This document shows, piece after piece, positions 28,064 through 36,020 of a stretch of 36,511 nucleotides of DNA. The notes beneath the pieces are model-generated. The model saw only the letters and a list, made by a program, of their open reading frames with translations. It ran no database searches and was not told the origin of the DNA. Each line of letters starts with the position of its first letter. Position 1 is the stretch's first letter. Source of the DNA: Planctomycetota bacterium (GTDB lineage Bacteria; Planctomycetota; Phycisphaerae; SM23-33); the NCBI GenBank assembly GCA_021160865.1, contig JAGHBS010000126.1:1-36511 (forward strand). The letters are read 5' to 3'. A program made the translations under genes and the position numbers.

Positions 28064-29331
28064 GTTGGACGTTCAAAATTCTGGATATCCTTCGTCTCGG
28101 ATTTCATAGTCTGGGCGTTCACAAGGTTCGTTCAGGATTGACGGCACTGGGGGTATTCATAGGTGTCTGCGGAGTGATTTCCATGCTGGCAATCAACCAG
28201 GGTGCAAGTGCCGAAGCCCAGCGGACGATCCAGGCACTTGGTAGTGACAATATCATAATCAATTCGGTCAAGCCGCCCCAGCGGGTACAAACCGGTAGTT
28301 CAGGTGGGCGTGGAGCACTTTGCTATGGACTTACCCTCGCCGACGTAGAATGTCTCCGCGAAGCGATGCCGGGGATAGTAAGGTCCGTAATTGTTCACCG
28401 CACCTTGAAGTATGCATATTACAATGGAAGGAATCTTCCCGTAGTCGTTATCGGTACCGAACCGGCATACCGCTACGTTGTCAAGATGAACCTGGCTGGT
28501 GGAAGGTTCATCAGCGATGCAGACGTGCTTCGTCACAAACCTTATTGCGTCTTGACGCTTGGATTGGCCGAGAGGTTGTTTGGTTTTGTCGATCCAGTGG
28601 GCAAGTGTATTCGCATCGGTGGTGAGCCGTTTGTCGTAGTGGGGGTCCTAACCCGTTTGCCTCAATCGCTGCTCGCCCAGACCGGCCAGGCAGACAACTA
28701 CGCGATTATCCCGATAACCACCGAGCGAGATCGCTTCGGTGAATATACCGTAATGTGGACCAAGGGAAGCGCAGTGTTTGAACGAGTGGAAATCAGCCAG
28801 GTAATTTTCCAAATGGCTGATGAAAATGCGGTTATCGACGGTGTGGCCGTGGCCAGGAATGTGCTTCCGCGTACGCACGCTGAGATGGATTACGAAACGG
28901 TCGTCCCGTTGGAATTAATCGAGCAGAAGAAAAAGCAGATGTTCCTCTGGAACGTGATGCTCGTTACCATTGCATCGGTCTCGCTGCTGGTTGGAGGTAT
29001 AGGGATAATGAACATCATGCTTGCCACAGTGGTTGAGCGTACGCGCGAGATCGGCGTTCGACGGGCGCTGGGCGCGAAACGACTCGACATTGTCGCGCAG
29101 TTCCTGGTCGAGTCGGTGGTGCTCACCACCATTGGTGGGGCTGTTGGAATTGTCCTGGGTATTTCGTTCCCCTGGTTGATAGAGCGCTTCCTGGGATTTC
29201 CGACGGTAATTTCTGCTTGGACGCTCATCTTGCCGTTCCTGATGGCTGTTCTGGTGGGACTTGTAAGTGGATTATATCCGGCGATGCGTGCAGCAGCGCT
29301 TAGCCCCATTGCCGCGTTACGGCATGAGTGA
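28060..29331 (+). CDS. ABC transporter permease, MacB periplasmic-core plus FtsX domain
   Basis: 423 aa. Layout is an N-terminal TM, a large periplasmic domain, then a C-terminal FtsX-like 3-TM block (ERTREIGVRRALGAKR). ATGA overlap with the ATPase gene. Confidence 0.88.
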   Translation: MSWTFKILDILRLGFHSLGVHKVRSGLTALGVFIGVCGVISMLAINQGASAEAQRTIQALGSDNIIINSVKPPQRVQTGSSGGRGALCYGLTLADVECLREAMPGIVRSVIVHRTLKYAYYNGRNLPVVVIGTEPAYRYVVKMNLAGGRFISDADVLRHKPYCVLTLGLAERLFGFVDPVGKCIRIGGEPFVVVGVLTRLPQSLLAQTGQADNYAIIPITTERDRFGEYTVMWTKGSAVFERVEISQVIFQMADENAVIDGVAVARNVLPRTHAEMDYETVVPLELIEQKKKQMFLWNVMLVTIASVSLLVGGIGIMNIMLATVVERTREIGVRRALGAKRLDIVAQFLVESVVLTTIGGAVGIVLGISFPWLIERFLGFPTVISAWTLILPFLMAVLVGLVSGLYPAMRAAALSPIAALRHE

Positions 29332-29431
29332 AATGCCCTTTCGTCTCATTTCACCTCCCCATCTACCTGCGCTAAGCAGACGAGTTTGAGACGTATGGAA
29401 AGATGGTGATAATCCTCCCGGAAGGTCGGGT

Positions 29432-29707
29432 TCAGAAGCGTATTTCGAAACTCGTGAATTTTTCGGTGGGTTGGCGGAGTTGATGTTCTTCTGCGGTAAT
29501 GTAATGTGCCATGCGGTTACGGATCGCTGCAAGAAATGCGTCTATTTCTTCAGCCGGGCCTTCCAGAAGCATTTCGACGCGTCCGTCGGGTAAATTCTTG
29601 ACGTACCCCGTGATTTTATAAGACCTCGCCAGTTGTCTGGCAGTGTAGCGGAATCCCACACCTTGCACCGTGCCTGAAAAATGTACTAATCGACCTTGGA
29701 TATTCAT
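29432..29707 (-). CDS. acyP: Acylphosphatase
   Basis: 91 aa with the acylphosphatase signature G.VQGVGFRY and GYVKNLPDGRVE. Confidence 0.85.
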   Translation of the reverse strand: MNIQGRLVHFSGTVQGVGFRYTARQLARSYKITGYVKNLPDGRVEMLLEGPAEEIDAFLAAIRNRMAHYITAEEHQLRQPTEKFTSFEIRF

Positions 29708-29931
29708 TTCAATTTTCCTTTTGGAAAATCCAATTATTCATATTATACTAAGTTTGGCAAATCACGGGATACTCAATTATTACAATTCAAGTTTTGATTT
29801 GATAAGCATTACTTGCAGGGTGAAAGATGTACAAAAGCGTTTTGAGGGAGGGGGCTTTATTTCCTTAGGCGGTTTGGGAAATAAGGAGTTTGTCGGTGAA
29901 ATCAATAGTCATGAATGAGGAATAGCAGGTC

Positions 29932-30912
29932 ATGAAGATAAGTCGGATTTACCGGTTGCTTAGACTGATTACGATGATAGAGAGCGGTCGGGGTTATACC
30001 GTTTCGGAACTGGCAGAGGAACTGCAGGTGAGCCGACGCACGATTTTCCGCGACTTGAACGTCCTGGAGATGGCACGGATACCATATTACTATGATAAAG
30101 AGCGGAAGACTTATCGAATTAACCAACACTTCTTTTTGCCGCCGATTAGTTTGACGCTGTCGGAGTCGCTTGCAATGCTTCTCTTTGCACGTCGTGCGAC
30201 CAGTTCAGGGATGGAGCCGTTATCGGCAGCAGGGGCGCGCGGAGCTATGAAACTCGAAAGTGTGCTGCCCGAATCGATCAGGGATTATGTTGGAACGATT
30301 GTAAAGCATATTGCGATATTGCCCGCTCCGACGGCTAAGCAAGATGATCTCGAGGATGTATTTGAACAACTCGTTGCTGCTATAAACGAGCATAAGGTTT
30401 GTCGGCTTGTTTATATCAGTTTTTATGACCGCAAACAGATTGACGTCACGGTTGAACCGTTGCGACTTGCGTTTGTATCGAGGGCATGGTACCTGGTGGG
30501 GTATTCACGTAAGCATCGTCAGCAACGGACATTCAAAATCAGCAGGATACGCAAACTTACCGTTTTGTCCGAGAAGTTTGATCCTGCTGATAAGAAGATT
30601 GAAGGAACAGATATCTTTGGCGACGCATGGAGCATGATTCCCGAAGGGAGATACTATAACGTCCATTTGCATTTCACGCCGAAGGTAGCCGGTAATGTGG
30701 CTGAGGTGAAATGGCACAGGTCTCAAAGGGTGGAATGGAACGATGATGGTTCAATAGAGTTTTATGTTCGCGTTGACGGATTGGGTGAAATTATCTGGTG
30801 GATACTTGGATACGGTGATCAGGTAAAGGTAATCGCCCCTGCCATTCTTGCCAAACGGGTAGCAGGTGTGGCAAGAAGGATGGTGAAACAATACTCTGGT
30901 AAATCAGGGTGA
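29932..30912 (+). CDS. WYL-domain transcriptional regulator (N-terminal HTH, WYL, C-terminal extension)
   Basis: HTH is YTVSELAEELQVSRRTIFRDLNVL. The WYL region is VEPLRLAFVSRAWYLVGYSRKHRQQRTFKISRI. The C-terminal WCX-like domain ends with GDQVKVIAP. Confidence 0.85.
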   Translation: MKISRIYRLLRLITMIESGRGYTVSELAEELQVSRRTIFRDLNVLEMARIPYYYDKERKTYRINQHFFLPPISLTLSESLAMLLFARRATSSGMEPLSAAGARGAMKLESVLPESIRDYVGTIVKHIAILPAPTAKQDDLEDVFEQLVAAINEHKVCRLVYISFYDRKQIDVTVEPLRLAFVSRAWYLVGYSRKHRQQRTFKISRIRKLTVLSEKFDPADKKIEGTDIFGDAWSMIPEGRYYNVHLHFTPKVAGNVAEVKWHRSQRVEWNDDGSIEFYVRVDGLGEIIWWILGYGDQVKVIAPAILAKRVAGVARRMVKQYSGKSG

Positions 30913-30920
30913 TAAATTTG

Positions 30921-31397
30921 ATGAGAGCATTGATTCAAAAAGTTGCCTGGGCTGAAGTGGATAGCATCGTCGGTGCTAAAACATCGTCAGAAGAAGTTCA
31001 TCCGTCCGGACGAATTGAAGAAGGGATACTGGTTTATGTTGGCATAGCTTCGGATGATACCGTTGAGGAGGCTAAATGGTTGGCCAATAAGGTATCGAAC
31101 CTGCGAATTTTTCCTGATGAGCAGGGTAAGTTGAACAAATCAATTCAGGACGTTCGGGGGGACGTCCTGATTGTATCGAATTTCACGTTGCTGGCTGATG
31201 CTACCAGCGGGCGTAGGCCATCATTTTCAGCTGCTGCTACATTTGAACAAGCCAAGCCAATCTATCAAATCTTTGTTGATGTCCTTCGTGAGCAAGGTCT
31301 GAATGTTCAGACAGGCGTTTTCGGAGCGATGATGGAAGTTCGAAGCCAGGCATCCGGGCCGGTGAATATCATCATCGATTCGCCACGTCAAGATTGA
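30921..31397 (+). CDS. dtd: D-aminoacyl-tRNA deacylase
   Basis: The N-terminus MRALIQKV matches the usual Dtd start. The track starts at GTG 30909, which would overlap the WYL stop as GTGA. Motifs: LVYVGI..DD, SNFTL (usually SQFTL), GAMMEV, SGPVN. The N-terminal third carries an insertion. Confidence 0.82.
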   Translation: MRALIQKVAWAEVDSIVGAKTSSEEVHPSGRIEEGILVYVGIASDDTVEEAKWLANKVSNLRIFPDEQGKLNKSIQDVRGDVLIVSNFTLLADATSGRRPSFSAAATFEQAKPIYQIFVDVLREQGLNVQTGVFGAMMEVRSQASGPVNIIIDSPRQD

Positions 31398-31436
31398 ATC
31401 ATATATTGCAACGTAGTGTGCAAGTACATTTCTACC

Positions 31437-31513
31437 AGTGCCTGGGCGCTGCTTCCGCGGCTTGGAAAAGCCATCCCGATCCTGCGGAATTGCGCTCCAG
31501 GCACTATTTTTAT
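31437..31513 (+). terminator. Long compound hairpin followed by a T-run; probable dtd terminator
   Basis: The outer stem is AGTGCCTGGGCGC (31437-31449) / GCGC-T-CCAGGCACT (31492-31505). Inner pairs are TTCCGC/GCGGAA, and the apical hairpin is GGCTT-GGAA-AAGCC. TATTTTTAT follows at 31505-31513. It starts 40 nt after the dtd stop. Confidence 0.45.
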
Positions 31514-31639
31514 CGGACATTAGTACAACGGAAAAATGTGTGATTTTCCTCGAAGTAGTAATCCATTTGCCATCATCTCCGTCATCTTTTCAGTGATGGG
31601 TTGCTTATCGGGGGATTTGCTCGTAGCATGTATAGAACA

Positions 31640-32287
31640 ATGTTCACAGGAATTATCCAGCACGTTGGCGAAGTGGTACGCTCGGCTGCAATGTCAGAGG
31701 CAGCGAGGGTGAGTATAGATTTAGGTCCGCTCGCGCAAGGCCTTATTGCTGGTGCCAGCGTAGCAGTCAACGGCGCCTGCTTGACTGTAACATCCATCAG
31801 GGATGGCGTGGCTGATTTTGATATATCTATCGAGACACTCTCTCGGACGACACTTGGTCAGCTCAGACCGTCTGATAAGGTAAATCTGGAATTACCCGTT
31901 GCTGCTGGGGCACCGTTGGCAGGACATATCGTTACCGGTCATATTGACGGCATCTGCCGGGTAATTCGCCTCAATCCTACCGGTAACGGTGTTGTAATGA
32001 GGTTATCTGCAGCAAGGGGATTAGTTGAGAACATGGTTGAGAAGGGCTCAATCGCTCTTGATGGTGTCTCGCTGACGCTGGTGGACGTTTCCTCGACGAG
32101 TTTCTCAGTTGCATTGATACCATTTACGCTGGAGCATACCACGCTTGGTCAAAAACGCATCGGTGAGGAACTAAACGTCGAACTGGACATCATCGGAAAG
32201 TATGTCAAGCGATACCTCGAAGCAGTTAAGGGGCAGGTAAATCAAGGTATATCAGTCGAAACGCTCCGCCAATATGGGTTTGTGTAG
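31640..32287 (+). CDS. ribE: Riboflavin synthase (alpha chain)
   Basis: The track ORF starts at 31601. I chose ATG 31640, giving the canonical MFTGIIQHVGEV N-terminus. It has duplicated lumazine-binding halves (GASVAVNGACLTV / GSIALDGVSLT) and GHIDG. Confidence 0.88.
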   Translation: MFTGIIQHVGEVVRSAAMSEAARVSIDLGPLAQGLIAGASVAVNGACLTVTSIRDGVADFDISIETLSRTTLGQLRPSDKVNLELPVAAGAPLAGHIVTGHIDGICRVIRLNPTGNGVVMRLSAARGLVENMVEKGSIALDGVSLTLVDVSSTSFSVALIPFTLEHTTLGQKRIGEELNVELDIIGKYVKRYLEAVKGQVNQGISVETLRQYGFV

Positions 32288-32450
32288 AATGCGCTAAAAA
32301 TCGTCAGCACGAGGATAGAGCAAATGGTACAATCAGATTAGGAGTCAAGGAAAATAGAGTAGTTTTGACCGCATAAGCAATTATTGACGATAAAAGAGAT
32401 GTTGATAGTCTCGACTATTTGTATCGAAGTGTATTTGAGCAAGGAAGGGT

Positions 32451-33584
32451 ATGAGTCGAAGTTGCCCGATAATTGGTATCACGATGGGCGATCCATGTGG
32501 GATCGGCCCGGAGATAATCGTTAAGGCATTGGCTGATGAATCGCTATGCTGCCAGGGGCGCTTCGTTATCTTCGGGTTCAGTGAGATGATTGCTTATGCT
32601 GCTGACCTTGCCGAGGTTGATCTCCGTTGGTATCGCGATCATTATGAAGATTTCCTCAATTCCGCCTCCAGTATCAGTGCTCGGAGCCGGGCTTGGAGGG
32701 AACGACAGGATAATGATAATGGCAGCGGGCTTGGTGCTGACCAGGTAGATATCAACCCTGGAATAACGGTGCTGGATTATGACGAACTGACGATGCCAAT
32801 TCTTGGTGAGCATCGTCCGAACCGCTATAGTGGCAAAGCGAGTATGGCTTTTCTGGAAGATGCCATCGATGCAGCCAAGAGGAGGCTTATCGATGCACTC
32901 GTAACCGCTCCGATATCGAAACATGCTTGGCGTCTGGCAGGATACAAATTTCCCGGACATACCGAACTGCTTGCCAAGAGGACCGGAACGAAAAATTATG
33001 CAATGATGTTTGTTGCACCTGCAATGAAGGTAATCCTTGCTACTACCCATGAATCCCTTGCAGAGGTTCCCGTGCATCTGACCATTGGGCGAGTTTTCAA
33101 TCCGATCGACTTGGCAGATAAGGCATTGCGTGAATGGTTCGGAATAGAACATCCAAGGATTGCTGTTTGTGGGCTTAATCCTCACGCCGGCGAGGGTGGT
33201 CAATTCGGCGACGAGGAGAAGCGTATCATCTCACCTGCTATCCTAATGGCAAGCGAGGCAGGGATTGACGTCAGCGGTCCATATCCAGCCGATACACTTT
33301 TTCGCCAGGCATTAGATGGGCAGTTTGATTGCGTTGTGGCAATGTATCACGATCAAGCGATGATTCCGCTGAAATTGATTGCATGGTCTGAAGCAGTAAA
33401 TCTTACTGTGGGTTTGCCGATTATCCGTACCAGCCCTGGCCATGGTACCGCCTTTGACATCGCTGGTAAGAATCGTGCCGATGCCTCACCGATGAAGGCG
33501 GCGATACGCCTGGCGATGGATTTAGCCCGACGACGAATGGAGAAAAATACTAAGACTACTGACGAAAGAGTTAAGAAGACCTGA
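32451..33584 (+). CDS. pdxA: 4-hydroxythreonine-4-phosphate dehydrogenase
   Basis: 377 aa. Motifs: IGITMGDPCGIGPEI, GHTELLA, GLNPHAGEGG, YHDQAMIPLK, IRTSPGHGTAFDIAGK. Confidence 0.88.
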   Translation: MSRSCPIIGITMGDPCGIGPEIIVKALADESLCCQGRFVIFGFSEMIAYAADLAEVDLRWYRDHYEDFLNSASSISARSRAWRERQDNDNGSGLGADQVDINPGITVLDYDELTMPILGEHRPNRYSGKASMAFLEDAIDAAKRRLIDALVTAPISKHAWRLAGYKFPGHTELLAKRTGTKNYAMMFVAPAMKVILATTHESLAEVPVHLTIGRVFNPIDLADKALREWFGIEHPRIAVCGLNPHAGEGGQFGDEEKRIISPAILMASEAGIDVSGPYPADTLFRQALDGQFDCVVAMYHDQAMIPLKLIAWSEAVNLTVGLPIIRTSPGHGTAFDIAGKNRADASPMKAAIRLAMDLARRRMEKNTKTTDERVKKT

Positions 33585-33633
33585 CTCTTCAGTACTTTTG
33601 TTCCTCGTCGCACAGTAATCTATTTTACCTTGC

Positions 33634-35181
33634 TTATGGAGTAGTTGACTTTTTCTTTTTGCGTGTTTTCCCAAGCGATAAAATACGATTAACAACAGCA
33701 AGATACGCCTTGGCAGAGGCTTCGACGATATCCGTGCTGATACCTCTGGCACGGAGTCTTTCGCCGTTGTGGGTGACTTCTATGGTGACTTCACCCTGTG
33801 CGTCTTTGCCGGAGGTCAGTGCGCGCAGCGAATAATCGGTAAGTTTCAATTTTATCCCTGTTATTCTGCCGATGGCTTCATAGGCTGCATCGATAGGCCC
33901 GTCGCCTGTAGCGGCATCGACGACCTTTTTGCCTTCCTTCGAGAGTGTGACCGTGGCCGTCGGTATGGTATTTGTCCCAGCAGTTGTTTGAAGCGATTCA
34001 AGTCGCCACACCTCTACCCCTGCAGATGCTTGCTGCTTTATCAATGCCTCGATATCCGCATCGTAGATATCCTTTTTCTTATCTGCTAATTCGATGAACT
34101 TCTGATATGCCTCGTTGAGTTGTGTTTTGGTGAGTTTATATCCCAATGCCTTTATCCGCTGTTCAAATCCATGTCTGCCGGAGTGTTTGCCCAATACCAG
34201 TCGACTTGAAGGCAGTCCAATATCTTCGGGCTTCATTATTTCGTACGTCCTGCGGTCCGATAAGATGCCGTGCTGGTGAATGCCTGCCTCATGTGCGAAG
34301 GCATTTTCGCCAACGATGGCTTTATTCCGCTGAAGATGCATCCCCGTTATAGAGGCAACGAGTCTGGAAGCAGGATATATCTTTGTCGTATCAATATCTG
34401 TCGTTGCATTGAAGTAATCTTCTCTGGTCTTGATAGCCATAACAATTTCTTCCAGTGCTGCGTTTCCTGCTCTCTCGCCAATACCATTGATAGTGCATTC
34501 GACCTGATCGGCACCCGCCGATACCGCAGCAAGGGAATTAGCAACGGCTAATCCCAAATCATTATGACAGTGGACGCTGATAACTGCTTTATCAATATTG
34601 GCTACATTTTCACGGAGGTAGCTGATAAGTTCAGCAAACTGTGCAGGAATGGCGTACCCGACGGTATCAGGAATATTTACAGTGGTGGCACCGGCATCAA
34701 TAACGGCTGAAACAACCTCGACAAGGAAGTCAGGTTCGGTACGGGAGGCATCTTCCGGAGAGAACTCCACGTCATCAGTGTATTTCAATGCCCTTCGGAC
34801 TGCTTCGACGCTCATCTTTACAATTTCGCTCTTGGCACGTTTGAGTTTATATTTGCGGTGTATCTGACTGGTAGCACAAAAGACATGAATTCGAGGTCGG
34901 GCTGCCCTTGCCAATGCCTCGCCAGCGATGTCAATGTCCTTTGCAATAGACCTTGCAAGTGCTGCAATGGTGCAACTTTTAATTTCCTTGGCCACCGCTT
35001 TGACTGCCTCAAAATCGCCTGGTGAGGCTATCGGAAAACCTGCCTCGATGACATCAACCTTTAACTGCTCAAGCATTTGGGCGACTTCCAACTTCTCGTT
35101 GAGATTCATACTGCAGCTCGGAGATTGCTCGCCGTCTCGAAGCGTCGTATCAAAGATTATGATTTTCCTTTGCTTAGCCAT
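33634..35181 (-). CDS. leuA: 2-isopropylmalate synthase
   Basis: The track ORF extends to GTG 35190. I chose ATG 35181 (MAKQRKIIIFDTTLRDGEQSP) because it follows an AAGGTG Shine-Dalgarno. HCHNDLGLAVAN is present, as is the C-terminal LeuA allosteric/dimerisation domain. Confidence 0.92.
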   Translation of the reverse strand: MAKQRKIIIFDTTLRDGEQSPSCSMNLNEKLEVAQMLEQLKVDVIEAGFPIASPGDFEAVKAVAKEIKSCTIAALARSIAKDIDIAGEALARAARPRIHVFCATSQIHRKYKLKRAKSEIVKMSVEAVRRALKYTDDVEFSPEDASRTEPDFLVEVVSAVIDAGATTVNIPDTVGYAIPAQFAELISYLRENVANIDKAVISVHCHNDLGLAVANSLAAVSAGADQVECTINGIGERAGNAALEEIVMAIKTREDYFNATTDIDTTKIYPASRLVASITGMHLQRNKAIVGENAFAHEAGIHQHGILSDRRTYEIMKPEDIGLPSSRLVLGKHSGRHGFEQRIKALGYKLTKTQLNEAYQKFIELADKKKDIYDADIEALIKQQASAGVEVWRLESLQTTAGTNTIPTATVTLSKEGKKVVDAATGDGPIDAAYEAIGRITGIKLKLTDYSLRALTSGKDAQGEVTIEVTHNGERLRARGISTDIVEASAKAYLAVVNRILSLGKTRKKKKSTTP

Positions 35182-35292
35182 CTTTATCACCTTTCAATCA
35201 GCCCTGTCATTTTGCATTTTATCATAACCGATTTGCCTACTCCTGCTTACCTGACAAAAGAAAGTGCCAATAGCAGGCAGGTTGAAAATCAT

Positions 35293-35323
35293 ATAAAAAA
35301 CCGCGACCGATTTCAGCCGCGGT
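35293..35323 (-). terminator. Intrinsic terminator (attenuator) in the leuA leader
   Basis: The minus strand reads ACCGCGGCUG-AAAU-CGGUCGCGGU, a 10-bp stem that includes two G-U pairs (35323..35300). Five more U residues follow (35299..35295). It lies 114 nt upstream of the leuA ATG and downstream of the Leu-rich leader ORF. Confidence 0.65.
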
Positions 35324-35346
35324 AGTGAATAGGCATTCACCCGCAG
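35317..35346 (-). promoter_or_regulatory. Candidate antiterminator hairpin, mutually exclusive with the leuA leader terminator
   Basis: The minus strand reads CUGCGG-GUGAAU-GCCU-AUUCAC-UA-CCGCGG. The 3' arm CCGCGG (35322..35317) is also part of the 5' arm of the terminator. The 5' arm begins 4 nt after the leader-peptide stop codon. Confidence 0.5.
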
Positions 35347-35350
35347 CCGC

Positions 35351-35452
35351 TCAGCACAAAAGCCCTAACAACAACCCTGCCAGTTTTCCTTCGACCTTAC
35401 CAGCGGTCGGGTTTACTTTACTCGAAATAGGACTTTTGTACCAGCAGCTCAT
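35351..35452 (-). CDS. Putative leucine-rich leader peptide (33 aa) controlling leuA by attenuation
   Basis: Below the ORF-track size cutoff. ATG at 35452..35450 follows the purine-rich AAGGAAGAG. The translation is MSCWYKSPISSKVNPTAGKVEGKLAGLLLGLLC*. Six of the last ten codons are Leu (CTG, TTG, TTG, TTA, CTT, TTG). The TGA stop is at 35353..35351. Confidence 0.55.
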   Translation of the reverse strand: MSCWYKSPISSKVNPTAGKVEGKLAGLLLGLLC

Positions 35453-35477
35453 GCTCTTCCTTGCCTCTTATTCTTAT

Positions 35478-35486
35478 ATTATATCA
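35478..35486 (-). promoter_or_regulatory. Extended -10 promoter element (TGaTATAAT) for the leuA leader transcript
   Basis: The minus strand reads TGATATAAT (35486..35478), about 26 nt upstream of the leader ATG. The -35 is poor (CTTCTC), which is compatible with an extended -10 promoter. Confidence 0.4.
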
Positions 35487-36020
35487 CGCTACAGGTAGGA
35501 GAGAAGAACAAACTTTCAATTCGTTGGTGAGTTTCAAACCCTGCTCTGTAAGTTATGCAATTACGGTGGACTGTACAGACGCCAGCTTTTACGTTTTAGA
35601 ATGCTGCTGATTTCTATACCATCGATATTTGACGAATATGCAGGATTGCAAGACAGATAGGTTCTAAAGGATTTGCTTTGCGAAGGATAGGGTAATAATT
35701 TTGTGAGACTGTCCATGATGAGAGATGATATTATCAAGCCAGCCGAGAAAAAGAAGATAACTGCTTAGGCATTGACCTTTTGTTTTGATTGGTGCGGGAG
35801 TGGATTAAGGGTAAGGGTTTTCAGTGTCGAGCTTGATGAAAGAAGGGTAAGCCGGTTTTCCTTTCTCCTGTGAGATTTTAGCCTAAGGGGGTATAATATT
35901 ATTCCTGCAATAAACGAGTATTGGGCATTATGGATTTCACGTGTAGGAAGGAAAAAGACTCAAAAGGGGTTCACAAAGAAGTTCCTTCTATAAGACAAGA
36001 AAAGAGAAAGGAGCATACGG

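Noticed and set aside
24550-29309. Long antisense and overlapping ORFs in the efflux operon (for example 24584..25105, 25607..26104, 25869..26264, 28890..29309).
   Set aside because: They lie fully inside well-supported sense-strand genes that have clear family motifs. Such shadow ORFs are expected in GC-richer coding sequence.
31437-31505. The minus-strand reading of the long hairpin contains GCGGAAGCAGCG, reminiscent of the SRP (4.5S) RNA GGAAGCAGCC helix-8 motif.
   Set aside because: In SRP RNA this motif directly follows the GNRA tetraloop after only 2-3 bp. Here it is separated from the loop by a 5-bp stem, and the loop on that strand is UUCC. The 5' strand also lacks the conserved AGGUCAGGUCC counterpart.
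32619-32770. Apparent insertion of about 45 aa in PdxA (RWYRDHYEDFLNSASSISARSRAWRERQDNDNGSGLGADQ...).
   Set aside because: This part of PdxA is variable in length among species. Without an alignment I cannot show that it is a true insertion rather than normal loop variation.
35300-35350. GGGUG...ACCGCG next to the terminator suggested a T-box riboswitch. Leu T-boxes are known upstream of leuA in some lineages.
   Set aside because: Upstream I found no Stem I features: no AGAGA/GA motif, no specifier loop with a Leu codon followed by a purine, and no AGUA or distal-loop boxes. The GGGUG is part of a simple GUGAAU/AUUCAC hairpin. A translated Leu-rich uORF explains the region better.
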